Below, one piece after another: positions 25,090-35,300 of a stretch of DNA of 64,000 nt. Each line of letters starts with the position of its first letter. Position 1 is the stretch's first letter. The DNA is from Bacteroidota bacterium. GTDB lineage: Bacteria; Bacteroidota; Rhodothermia; Rhodothermales; UBA10348. The notes under the pieces were generated by a model. That model saw nothing but the letters and a program-made list of their open reading frames with translations, ran no database searches and was not told where the DNA came from. Made by a program: the position numbers and the translations under genes. The stretch covers positions 3,183 through 67,182 of the forward strand of contig JAJCYR010000005.1 of assembly GCA_029262775.1 (NCBI GenBank). Direction: 5' to 3'.

Positions 25090-26109
25090 TCATGACAGGT
25101 TTTTGAAGCGCCATGATTGGCGCCTGAGCAATACCAGGAAGAACGGCACGCCGGCAATCGATGATACAATACCGACTGGAATTTCCTGGCCGGGCAATAC
25201 GCTTCGTGCCAGGGCGTCCGCGGCCACGAGAAAGAGCCCACCGCCCAGGAATGCGGCCGGAACAACGTATCGGTGCGAGACGCCTGTGAAGCCCCGTACT
25301 ACGTGGGGTACAATAAGCCCCACAAACCCAATGGCGCCCGATATGGCGACCAGCGTGCCGGTCACAAGTGCCGCAAGTACGATCAGGACATGCTTCATGC
25401 GCTCGACCGGAATCCCCAGCCCTGCCGCCGGTTCTTCGCCAAGGAGCAGCGCGTCGAGCGATCGCGAGAAGACCATGAGAATACCGAGGCCGAGGAGAGC
25501 CGCCGCAGTGGCCACGGGTAAATCAGACAGCGTCAGCCCCGAAAATGACCCGAGCAGCCAGAAGAGGACGGCCCGCAGCCGGTTGGCGTCGGGCGATGCA
25601 AACGACACGAAGGAGGACAGGGCGCCGGTGAGCGACGCCAGTGCCACGCCCGCCAGGAGCAATCTGGTGACGGAGAGCCCATCCCCCGTCCTGGCCACGG
25701 CATACACGAGCACGATGGTAGCCAATGCCCCGAGGAATGCCGCGAGCGAGACGCTCATTGCCCCCAGGAACACGGGCGGCAGCAGTCCCATGTAGAACAG
25801 CGATGCCCCCGCCGATGCCCCCCCGGAAATCCCGAGGATGTAGGGCTCGGCAAGCGGATTGCGCACGAGTGCCTGCATGGCCACACCCACAATGGAGAGA
25901 CCGGCGCCCGTGATCCACGCCCCCAGGACACGCGGCAGCCGGGACTCCAACAGGATCAGCCTCTCGGTTTCCGTGAGCGAACCGCGACCGGTCACGAAAT
26001 CGGCCAATGCCGCCCAGCCCACGTCGGCGCTTCCGACCGTCAGGCCGAACGCGAACGTCAGTACGCTGGCCACGCCGAGTCCGACCAATGACCATCCACG
26101 CCTCGTCAT
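25090..26109 (-). CDS. FecCD-family ABC permease (BtuC/HemU-like)
   Basis: Multi-TM FecCD pattern (LPRVLGAWITGAGLSIVGVAMQALVRNPLAEPYILGISGGA). ATGA overlap with the binding-protein gene. Confidence 0.88.
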   Translation of the reverse strand: MTRRGWSLVGLGVASVLTFAFGLTVGSADVGWAALADFVTGRGSLTETERLILLESRLPRVLGAWITGAGLSIVGVAMQALVRNPLAEPYILGISGGASAGASLFYMGLLPPVFLGAMSVSLAAFLGALATIVLVYAVARTGDGLSVTRLLLAGVALASLTGALSSFVSFASPDANRLRAVLFWLLGSFSGLTLSDLPVATAAALLGLGILMVFSRSLDALLLGEEPAAGLGIPVERMKHVLIVLAALVTGTLVAISGAIGFVGLIVPHVVRGFTGVSHRYVVPAAFLGGGLFLVAADALARSVLPGQEIPVGIVSSIAGVPFFLVLLRRQSWRFKNLS

Positions 26110-27086
26110 GGCCGTTCCCGGAATAACTGTGGATGCGCACCCCGCGCCATAATCCACGCCCCTTCAATCATGCGCGGCCCCGGACGAAGCACAAGGTCGG
26201 CGGGTACGCTGACAATGCGGCCATCCCGGACGGCCGGCACGGTCCGCCACAGGGGATGTGCCACCAGCAGTTCCCGGCGGGCGTCCGGAGCCGTACCAAA
26301 GGGCCCCACGATGATCTCAGGGGCACGCTCCATCATGAACTCATCGGTGAGCACGGGCGCTTCATTCGGAAACGTGCGCGTAACGGACTCCAGACCGGCC
26401 CATAACATCACGTCGTGCATGTAACTCTCTGGCCCAAACGACCACGGTGTGCCGGTTGAGATCAGAAAAACGGCGTCGGGACGCGTTTCCAGGCGGCTGG
26501 TGCGCTCCATGAGCGCGTGTAGACGGTTCTGGAGGCTGTCAATGACCGCGTAGGCGCGCTCTGTGCGCCCTGTCAGCTCACCGATGAGGCTCAGCCCGTT
26601 CAGGACGTCTTCCAGATTGGATCCCGCAAGGTACACAACCGGAATTCCGAGCGCCTCGAGCGCCCTCGCGTCGCGGGGCGCGTTCACCTGACTGGATGCC
26701 AGTACGAGGTCGGGACCGAGCATGGCAAGTCGTTCAAAATCGACCGGAAGGACCTGATACGTAGGCAGGTTCTCGACTTCAGGTGGCCAGGTGTCGGCGT
26801 CGGTCACGCCTACCAGGCTACCGGTACCGGCGACGAGGGCAATCATTTCGGTCACACTGGGGGCGAGCGGAGCGAGCCCCGAAACGGGAACGCGTAGCGT
26901 TACCTCTCGGCCCAGTGCGTCGGTGATGGTCGTATCGCGGGAGGCGGATTGGGACCCCCCAGGGCCGGTCTGGGAAGGGTTGCCGCAGCCGGTCCACATG
27001 ACTGCGCTCAACAGGAGCATACTCCACGCCCAGCCCACGGTGGTGTGGGGCCGGAGGATCTGGAAATGGTGGAGTCGTATCGTCAT
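26106..27086 (-). CDS. Periplasmic binding protein for cobalamin/iron-complex uptake (BtuF-like), lipoprotein
   Basis: Lipobox MWTGC. The class III SBP pattern is seen in RVPVSGLAPLAPSVTEMIALVAGTGSLVGVTD. Start uncertain (27086 to 27020). Confidence 0.78.
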   Translation of the reverse strand: MTIRLHHFQILRPHTTVGWAWSMLLLSAVMWTGCGNPSQTGPGGSQSASRDTTITDALGREVTLRVPVSGLAPLAPSVTEMIALVAGTGSLVGVTDADTWPPEVENLPTYQVLPVDFERLAMLGPDLVLASSQVNAPRDARALEALGIPVVYLAGSNLEDVLNGLSLIGELTGRTERAYAVIDSLQNRLHALMERTSRLETRPDAVFLISTGTPWSFGPESYMHDVMLWAGLESVTRTFPNEAPVLTDEFMMERAPEIIVGPFGTAPDARRELLVAHPLWRTVPAVRDGRIVSVPADLVLRPGPRMIEGAWIMARGAHPQLFRERP

Positions 27087-27138
27087 GGGCTCCGCAAGAT
27101 AGCGCACCCATTTATATCATCCGGCGTATCTTGCCCAA

Positions 27139-27996
27139 ATGAACAGGGAAGAAAAAGAGCAGGTTCTGGCGCGGCTCAAGGCCCGCTATACGAGGGAGTT
27201 CGGCGAGGAAGGACTCGGCCACGTCATGTCCGCTGGCGCGGATCGCGTGGGTCTTCATTCGGACCGGGCCGGTATCCGTGGGTATTCCGCGTGCGATTTG
27301 GCACCGGCTCTGGCGCGTGCCATTGATCACACGGCGCTCAAACCAGAGACTACAGAAGAAGACGTAGAGACGCTTTGCAGGGAAGCGGGTGCGTACTGTT
27401 TTGCCAGCGTGTGCGTGAATCCATGTTACGTCCGCCTGGCAGCACGCCTGCTTGCAGGGTCGGGGGTGGCCGTCTGTACGGTGATCGGATTTCCTCTCGG
27501 CGCATCGGCCTCTGCGGTCAAGGCCATGGAGGCCACCGAAGCCGTCCACGACGGCGCCACCGAGGTCGATATGGTCATAAGCGTAGGCATGCTCAAGTCT
27601 GGCAGGCACGAGTTCGTGGAAAATGATATCCGTGGCGTTGTGGATGCCGCGCGCGCCGCATCCAGCGCATTGCCAGGTTCAGAACGTGTGCTGGTGAAGG
27701 TCATTCTGGAAACAGCATTGCTTACCGATGAGGAGAAAGTGATTGCCAGCGTGCTTGCCAAAAATGCGGGAGCCGATTTTGTAAAGACATCTACCGGATT
27801 CTCGAAAGGGGGCGCAACGGCCGCCGATGTCGCACTCATGCGCCGGGCGGTGGGGCCGCGCATGGGGGTCAAGGCGTCGGGTGGGGTGCGCTCGCGGGAA
27901 GATGCCGAAACCATGATAGCGCATGGGGCAACGCGGATCGGCGCCAGCGCATCGGTAGCCATCATGCAGGGCGAAAAAGGAAAAGGGACCTATTGA
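27139..27996 (+). CDS. deoC: Deoxyribose-phosphate aldolase
   Basis: [25 protein letters not shown] and VKTSTGF (Schiff-base Lys). Confidence 0.88.
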   Translation: MNREEKEQVLARLKARYTREFGEEGLGHVMSAGADRVGLHSDRAGIRGYSACDLAPALARAIDHTALKPETTEEDVETLCREAGAYCFASVCVNPCYVRLAARLLAGSGVAVCTVIGFPLGASASAVKAMEATEAVHDGATEVDMVISVGMLKSGRHEFVENDIRGVVDAARAASSALPGSERVLVKVILETALLTDEEKVIASVLAKNAGADFVKTSTGFSKGGATAADVALMRRAVGPRMGVKASGGVRSREDAETMIAHGATRIGASASVAIMQGEKGKGTY

Positions 27997-28565
27997 TGCG
28001 AAGATCAGCCATTCAGACGGCGTCGTCATGCGGCGCTTTTATTCTGACGACGGGCCTCCTGGTGCTGGGAAGTGGGTGCGCCTCCGGACCCCGTATGGCC
28101 ACGGATCAAGAGGCACCCGAGGCAGCTGCACCCAAAACGTGGGCCGACGTCGAGACGGTAGACCTGTCCGGCCGTGACGTTTCGGTGCCTGTCCGGTCAC
28201 GTGTCGTAGAGCACGACGTGCCGGAATCGCTGCTTGAAAGCCGGGCCGACGACGGCATTGTGGAGGAGATCATGGGCTATCGCGTGCAGGTATTTTCGTC
28301 CATCGACCGGAATGAGGCCCTGATCATGCTCGACTCCGTGATGGAGTGGGTTGATAGTCTCGAGGAGGAAAGGCGACGGGCACTGGGACTGTCGAGAAGC
28401 GGGCAAGAGGAAGTGGCGCGCACCATATTCGCCTCACCCTACTACCGCGTGCGTGTGGGCGACTTTCGCACCAAGGACCAGGCCGTAGTGCTCAGAAACG
28501 CCATGGAACGCCGATTTCCACAGCTGCTCGTGGTGCCTGACCAGGTGCGGGTAACGCGCAACTGA
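27996..28565 (+). CDS. SPOR domain lipoprotein
   Basis: Lipobox LGSGC. C-terminal SPOR-like region: GYRVQVFS...YYRVRVGDFRTKDQA. TGATG overlap with deoC. Confidence 0.7.
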   Translation: MRRSAIQTASSCGAFILTTGLLVLGSGCASGPRMATDQEAPEAAAPKTWADVETVDLSGRDVSVPVRSRVVEHDVPESLLESRADDGIVEEIMGYRVQVFSSIDRNEALIMLDSVMEWVDSLEEERRRALGLSRSGQEEVARTIFASPYYRVRVGDFRTKDQAVVLRNAMERRFPQLLVVPDQVRVTRN

Positions 28566-28593
28566 ACGGGCGGCATGCGCTCGAACGGCTGAT

Positions 28594-29337
28594 TCACAGG
28601 TGTTGCCCGGCGGACCAGGCGGCCCCGATGATGCCCGCCTCGTTCTCCAGCTCTGCAATCACGAGTTCGGCCTCTGTCTCCAGGAAATGGCGGTACAGGG
28701 CCACTTTTTCGGGGCGCGATACGCCGCCTCCGAGAATGATGGTGTCGGGAGCAAACAGGAATTCCAGCAGATCCAGGTACTCCTGGAAGCGTGCGGCCCA
28801 GGCCTCCCAGGACAGCGCTTCTTCCTTCCGGATGCGGCTCGATGCCCAGTCTTCCGCCGCACCGCCCCGGAGCGGCAGGTGTCCCAGTTCGGTGTTCGGT
28901 ACCAGATGCTGATCGGTGAAGAGCGCCGTGCCGATCCCCGTGCCAACGGTGACGAAGAACACGACGCCCATGCGACCACGGCCGGCGCCGAACGCGACCG
29001 ATGCTACGCCCGCCGCATCGGCATCGTTCAGGCAGTGGGTCCGGCATCCTGTGGCACCGGTAAGGAGCTCATCTACACGCGTCTCAATCCAATTCTCGTG
29101 GATGTTGGCCGCCGTGTGCACAACCCCGTGCTCTACGCGCGCTGGAATTGTGCAGCCGAGCGGGCCGTGCCAATCAAAATGCCGGGTAATTTGCCGCGCA
29201 ACGAGGGCCACGGCTTCCGGGGTGGCTTCGGGTGGCGTATCGACCCGAAACCGCTCCGTCGTGAGCGCTCCGTTGTCCGTATTGACGAGCGCGCCCTTGA
29301 TTCCCGTGCCGCCGATATCGATTCCCAGTATTTCCAC
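28594..29337 (-). CDS. ROK-family glucokinase (polyphosphate/ATP glucokinase type)
   Basis: GIDIGGTGIKGA, LNDADAAG and GTGIGTALF. Confidence 0.8.
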   Translation of the reverse strand: MEILGIDIGGTGIKGALVNTDNGALTTERFRVDTPPEATPEAVALVARQITRHFDWHGPLGCTIPARVEHGVVHTAANIHENWIETRVDELLTGATGCRTHCLNDADAAGVASVAFGAGRGRMGVVFFVTVGTGIGTALFTDQHLVPNTELGHLPLRGGAAEDWASSRIRKEEALSWEAWAARFQEYLDLLEFLFAPDTIILGGGVSRPEKVALYRHFLETEAELVIAELENEAGIIGAAWSAGQHL

Positions 29338-29433
29338 GTGTGATGACCGTTTGGTTACCCGCGCAATCTACAATACTATACGAAGGCTTCCTGCTTCATC
29401 CCGAAACTCCATCGGCCCTTCGGGCCCAGATCC

Positions 29434-31065
29434 ATGCCCCACCACCCCGATGCCGGACGCCCGGTTCCCGCCCACCTGCTGGCCAACATTCCACGCCTCG
29501 TTTCGGCCTATTACACGACGCCGGCCACGGATTGCGGTCCGGTGGCGTTCGGCACGTCCGGGCACCGCGGCACGTCGACTTCCGGGACGTTCAATGAGGC
29601 GCACATTATTGCTGTCGTGAGTGCGGTCTGCGACTGGCGCGACGGACAGGGGATTGGCGGACCGCTGTTTCTGGGGGCCGATACGCATGCGTTGAGCGAG
29701 CCGGCCCTTGCGACCGCGCTCGAGGTCCTGGTGGCGCGGGGCGTTCATGTGATCGTGCAGTCCGGAGGGTTGCCGGTGCCGACTCCCGCCGTGTCACGCG
29801 CCATTTTGCGGCACAACCAGGAGGCGCGCAGTGCAGCCCGGGCCGATGGCCTGATCATTACGCCGTCGCACAATCCGCCTGGCGACGGGGGCATCAAGTA
29901 CAACCCGCCGAGCGGCGGGCCGGCGGGGGCCGACGTCACGTCGGTCGTGGAGGCGCGAGCGAATGAGATATTAAGAGCGGCGGTCACGGTACCGCGCGTC
30001 GCGCTCCGTGCGGCGCGCCAGGCGGCCGAGGAACGGGACCTGCGGGCGGCCTACGTGGCCGAACTCGGCAGCGTCATTGACATGGAAGCCATTCGCCGAG
30101 CCGACTTGCGTTTGGGGGTGGATCCCATGGGTGGGGCGGCTGTCGGATACTGGGACCTGATTGCCGAAACCTACGGCGTTCGCGTGGACGTGGTCCAGGA
30201 CCGGGTCGATCCCACGTTTTCGTTCATGCGGCTCGATCATGACGGAAAAATCCGCATGGACTGCTCCTCGCCGTGGGCGATGGCCGGCCTCGTGGAACTC
30301 GCCAGTCGCTTCGATCTCGCGTTTGGTAACGACCCGGACGTAGACCGACACGGTATTGTGACGCGATCGGCCGGGCTCATGAATCCGAATCACTACCTGG
30401 CGGTGGCCATCGAGTACCTGTTCACCCGTCGCGGCTGGCCGTCCCGGGCCGCGATTGGCAAGACCCTCGTTTCGAGTTCCATGATTGACCGCGTGGCGGC
30501 GCGCCTCGGGCGTCGTGTGGTCGAGGTTCCGGTTGGCTTCAAGTGGTTTGTGGACGGACTCCTGGATGCTTCGCTCGGTTTCGGCGGGGAGGAGAGCGCC
30601 GGTGCATCGTTTCTTTCGATGGATGCGACGGCCTGGTCAACCGACAAGGATGGTATCATCATGAACCTGCTCGCAGCCGAGATACTGGCGGTGACCGGAA
30701 AGGACCCGGGCGAGCACTATGCGCGCCTGACCGACGTGTTTGGAGCGCCCGTCTACGCCCGAACCGATGCCCCGGCGACAAAGGCGCAGAAAGACGCTCT
30801 GAAGGCGCTTTCCGCGGACGACGTACAAGGAACCACGCTTGCGGGCGATCCAGTGACGCGGATTCTGACGCGGGCTCCAGGTAACAATGCACCGATCGGC
30901 GGTCTGAAGGTGGAGTCCGACCACGGGTGGTTCGCCGCGCGGCCATCCGGCACCGAGGACATCTACAAGATCTACGCCGAGAGTTTCCGCTCAGAAGAGC
31001 ACCTGACGGCTATTCAGCGGGATGCCCTGACACTTGTCGCGACCGTGCTGCCTCCCGGCGCTTGA
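29434..31065 (+). CDS. pgm: Phosphoglucomutase, alpha-D-glucose phosphate specific
   Basis: FGTSGHRG, phosphoserine loop [22 protein letters not shown]. Confidence 0.9.
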   Translation: MPHHPDAGRPVPAHLLANIPRLVSAYYTTPATDCGPVAFGTSGHRGTSTSGTFNEAHIIAVVSAVCDWRDGQGIGGPLFLGADTHALSEPALATALEVLVARGVHVIVQSGGLPVPTPAVSRAILRHNQEARSAARADGLIITPSHNPPGDGGIKYNPPSGGPAGADVTSVVEARANEILRAAVTVPRVALRAARQAAEERDLRAAYVAELGSVIDMEAIRRADLRLGVDPMGGAAVGYWDLIAETYGVRVDVVQDRVDPTFSFMRLDHDGKIRMDCSSPWAMAGLVELASRFDLAFGNDPDVDRHGIVTRSAGLMNPNHYLAVAIEYLFTRRGWPSRAAIGKTLVSSSMIDRVAARLGRRVVEVPVGFKWFVDGLLDASLGFGGEESAGASFLSMDATAWSTDKDGIIMNLLAAEILAVTGKDPGEHYARLTDVFGAPVYARTDAPATKAQKDALKALSADDVQGTTLAGDPVTRILTRAPGNNAPIGGLKVESDHGWFAARPSGTEDIYKIYAESFRSEEHLTAIQRDALTLVATVLPPGA

Positions 31066-32143
31066 GATACGCGTCGCGTGCAATGGCCACGTCTTCCAAG
31101 TACCACTCGAGCTCGGGGATAGTAAGTGCCTGTGGGCCATCGACAAGCGCCTTCGAGGGCACCGGGTGGAAGTCGACGAGCACCATGTTGGCGCCGGCGA
31201 TCACGCCCTGCGCCGTGGCATGCATGACATCGCTCAGGCCATCGGGCGCCACATCGCGCGTACCAACCGAGTGGGAGGGGTCAATACAGACCGGCATGCG
31301 CGTCAGGCGCTTTACGACCGGCACGTGCGCAAAGTCGACCAGGTTGCGGTGCGGATCGCCCATGCTCGTCTTCACCCCCCGGAGCGTAAAGACCACATTC
31401 GGGTTGCCCTCGCTGGCCAGGTATTCGGCGGCGTTGAGTGACTCGTCGAGCGTGATCCCAAAACCGCGCTTGAAGAGAACAGGGTACACACTCTGCCTGC
31501 CCACGGCCTTGAGCAGCTCGAAATTCTGCGTATTCCGCGTGCCGATCTGCAGCATGACACCCGTGGGGCGTCCGGACGCTTCGAGCGCCGCATCGATTTC
31601 CTCCACATGCGATTCGTGCGTGACCTCCATGGCGATCACCTTGATGTCGTACTTGCCGGCAAGGTCGAATACGTACGGGAGGCAGGCTGCACCATGGCCC
31701 TGAAAGGAATAGGGGCTCGTTCGGGGTTTGTAGGCGCCCATTCGGGTGGTCTGCTGGCCGTGCTCCTGGAGCGCCTGCATCATACGCTCTACGTGTTCCT
31801 CGGTGTCGACGGCACACAGCCCGGCAAACACGTGCAGCGAGTCCTGATCGAAACGGAGGCCGTTGTATGTAAAGCCGTTCTGGCGGTCGTCATGACCATG
31901 CCGCCCCAGAATGCGGTAGGAATTTTGAACGCGGACGACCCGTTCGACAGAGGGAAGCCCCTGCATCGCCAACGGGCTCAGCGCTTTCGTGTTACCCAGC
32001 AGATAGATCTCAGTCAGACGCTGCTCGGTCCCCTCTATCTCATGCTTGGTCCACGTAATGTCCTCGAGCGAGTCCAGATGGCGGGTGAGCTGGGCCCACT
32101 CGGGGCTCTCGGGGTCGGTGTTCGGCTTGAGAATCAAAATCAT
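31010..32143 (-). CDS. 3-deoxy-7-phosphoheptulonate (DAHP) synthase, type I-beta with N-terminal regulatory domain
   Basis: [19 protein letters not shown] and CIDPSH motifs, plus an N-terminal ferredoxin-like extension. ATG at 32143. Confidence 0.85.
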   Translation of the reverse strand: MILILKPNTDPESPEWAQLTRHLDSLEDITWTKHEIEGTEQRLTEIYLLGNTKALSPLAMQGLPSVERVVRVQNSYRILGRHGHDDRQNGFTYNGLRFDQDSLHVFAGLCAVDTEEHVERMMQALQEHGQQTTRMGAYKPRTSPYSFQGHGAACLPYVFDLAGKYDIKVIAMEVTHESHVEEIDAALEASGRPTGVMLQIGTRNTQNFELLKAVGRQSVYPVLFKRGFGITLDESLNAAEYLASEGNPNVVFTLRGVKTSMGDPHRNLVDFAHVPVVKRLTRMPVCIDPSHSVGTRDVAPDGLSDVMHATAQGVIAGANMVLVDFHPVPSKALVDGPQALTIPELEWYLEDVAIARDAYLKRREAARSRQVSGHPAE

Positions 32144-32398
32144 GGTGGGGCACTGGTAGTGGGCCGCCAAACTACGTTTTTCGGGTGCATGAAATTCGGC
32201 GAATCCCGGGTTTTCAGATCCTTGATTGCTTTATTTACCGTATAATCAAACAGTCAGATACCCACTGGCCTTTGTGCGCGCGCCATGTTTTTTTCGAAAG
32301 GAACCGCAAATCCGGCGGATTTCTGCGTTCTCAAAACGTGGTTCCGTATGACACCTTTTTTTCGACCGTCACTGACTATTATGAGCGACAGATACGCA

Positions 32399-35300
32399 AT
32401 GCATTCATTTTTACGTTTGGGAGCAGTCGCCCTTCTCACGGCCGTTCTGGCGGTGTCTGGTGTCCACGCCCAGGATCAGGGCTCGGTCGGCACCGGGCAG
32501 ATCGGAATAGACGGGATCCACTTCATTGGGGCTGCCGCACCGGTTACCAACAACGATCCGAACGCCGGCACGCAGGAAGCGGGCATGAACGAAAGAGCTA
32601 CGCTCATGACGGGCACGGACGTATACATTGAGATCACCGTGAGCCAGCCCGGCTTTTTGAATATTTTCGGTGATCACAATAACGACAGTGTGTTTCAGAC
32701 AGATGGGAATCCGGCGACGGCGAACCTGGCGGAATCGTCCCAGCACGTCCTGGAAAATTACGCGGTAGTAGCGGGGTTCAATTTGATCGAGATTGATCTC
32801 GCAACCATTGCCGCCGGTATCAACCCCACGCTATTCCGTGTAATATTTTCAGATGTGGCACTCACTGATCCGACAGAACAGGGGCCAGATGCAGATTATT
32901 CCCTGCTGAACGGTGAAATAGAAGACTACACCGCTACCGTCATCCAGCAGGATGTAGCCGCGACCGTCTTCGTGGAGGATGGTGATACGATTACCATTTC
33001 GCGTTCGGGCTCGGACTTTGTAGCGACCAATTATTTCCGGGCACCCATCGGGGCGCTCGACGGCGGCGTGACCATTGACGGTACGGCATTGGACGAAACC
33101 TACGCATTCGACTTCTCGGGCGGCATGCCCATACCTACCGGAGGATTGAATTTGCTTCCAGGGGCCGGCACCGACGAGCTCTCGCTGTTGGGAACGCCTG
33201 CTGGACGGACTTGGGTTGGCATTGAGCACGACTACGCGACCGAGGAGGTCGTCATGACGAACGACCTTGCGGAGGTATTTACAATCAGCTTCGCTGACCT
33301 GGAGCTGCTTAGGGATCAACTCGTTTCGACCAATAAATTGTTTACGGGAACGGGATTGGCCGATCAGATTTTCCTGGACAAGGGTACCGTCCCAGTCGAT
33401 GGATTCAGTGGTTTTTCGATCACCGGCAATGTATTGACTTCTGCCTATGTGGATCCTACAGGATTGCTGCAGGTGGACGCTGGCGCCGATAACGACGTCA
33501 TTACTCTGTCCGACCTGGATGACCAGACCCCATTCACAGGTTCATTGATTATCAATGGCGAAGCCGGAGATGACGAACTCATCGTGGAATGGGCCGATGG
33601 TCACGTTCCCAACTTGACGTTCAATGGTGGTGCTGATAGTGGTGGTGGCGACACGATCCAGCTTCAGAATACCGGCGGACCGGTGCCCGATGAGGTCAAT
33701 TTTGTCGCCGTAAGCGCCAATGACGGAACGATAGGCATAGAAACGGGCGCAACCGTCAGTACGGTCACGTATACCGGCCTGGAACCCATCATCGACCTGA
33801 TTCCAACGGCCAGTAAGACGTTTACCTATCCGGCGACCGACGACAACGTGACGCTCGACATAGGTGGTGGTAGTGCGGGCCGTGATCTCATATTTACGTC
33901 CGGTCCCGTAACGGCAGAATCGGTTGAATTTGTGACGACCGGGCTTGCTTCCATCACCATCTCAGGTGGGCTGGGTGACGACGTATTCGGGATCCAGCCA
34001 AGCTCTGTATATGACATTTTTGTGGATGGGGAAAATGAACCCGTTGCGGACGTGATCAACATCGACATCAGCTCGCTCCTGGGCCCGCTGACCATCAATC
34101 TGACCGAGACTGGAACGGAGGACGGCATCTATACCTTCTCCACGCTCCCCGGTCTGTCGGTCACCTATGCGGAGATGGAGCAGGTTGGTATGCGTTTCTC
34201 GGATCCCGACGCCTTCCCGGGGGCGACCTACCCGGGTGATATCATGTACCCGCTGAATACGGAAAGTGGCATATCGATCGAGCCGTACTTCAACTGGGAT
34301 ATCGACAACTGGCCGGGCGCATCTCCCATCCAGGCGCTGACGCTCAACATGAGCCTGAATTCGGACGTGTCGTCGCCGTTCTACTCACGACCGGTATTCA
34401 CGGGTGACCCTGGTATTGTGGGCGACTTCCTGATTACCGATGTGGATGACACGTTCGACATGGCCAATGGCATTCCCATTCAGAACAGCACCAAGTATTA
34501 TTGGAATCTGGAAGCAGATCTGGGTCTTGGAGGCATCATTTTCTCAGATACGCGGGAGTTTACGACCATTGACGCACTGTTGCCGCAGCTCAACCATCCC
34601 CGGGACCGGACTATTGCTGATGTGAATTCGTTTGATTTTGCATGGGATGTGGGCGCTGTAGCCAATAACCAGGTCTACTGGCGACTCGATGTGGACGTGA
34701 GTACGGTGGCGGGATTTGATGGCGCAACGCCGTCCGTAGTGGGAGGTGACGCTGAAAATGATGACGACACGGCGCTGGTCGACGGATACACACCGGAAAC
34801 GTCGTTTGCGGCGTCCGATCTGCCGTTGCCCATCGTGTTCAGTTCGGAATACGCGTGGCGTGTTTCGAGCATGTGGCCAATTCCTCCGACGGGATGGGTC
34901 CCGCAGGAAATCCATGACCTGGATGAGACGGACCGCATGGTCAGTATTTCTGACACCGTCTCATTCCGCACAACGGACCTGTTGGCTGCCCCGACACCGA
35001 GCTACCCCATAAATGGTGCAGATGTCTTTGTGAATGATCCGGTTACGTCGTGGTTTGTCGGTTTGCCGTTCAACGTGCTGACATTTGACGTTGAGCTGTT
35101 TGAGGACGATGGTACGGGAAACCCCCAGGGGGGCGTCGTATGCTCAGGTACCGGCATTACGGGCCTGACCTTTGACACCGGGGACGGGGCGTTCTGCCCG
35201 CCAAATGGTGGACTCAGCCCGGGTGTGGGTTACGTCTGGCGCGTCCGAAGCGATCTGAATGGCGTGAAGTCGCCGTGGTCTGGATGGGAGCCATTCACGA

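Noticed and set aside
27000-27140. Cobalamin riboswitch upstream of the BtuF-like gene
   Set aside because: The leader is too short for the ~200-nt element, and no B12-box-like consensus is seen by eye. This could still be checked with a covariance model.
31010-31065. 56-nt convergent overlap of the pgm and DAHP synthase 3' ends, and smaller 16-23-nt convergent overlaps at 14174-14196, 24102-24124 and 53229-53244
   Set aside because: Both partners are full length, with motifs well upstream of the overlaps. The tails are probably non-conserved read-through to the next stop in a compact, stop-poor high-GC genome. No further signal is apparent.
32170-32398. Promoter call for the giant T9SS gene (TATAAT at 32241-32246, TTGATT upstream)
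   Set aside because: The spacing between the candidate -35 and -10 elements is wrong (~13 nt). Bacteroidota-type promoters also use a different consensus. This is not supportable without TSS data.
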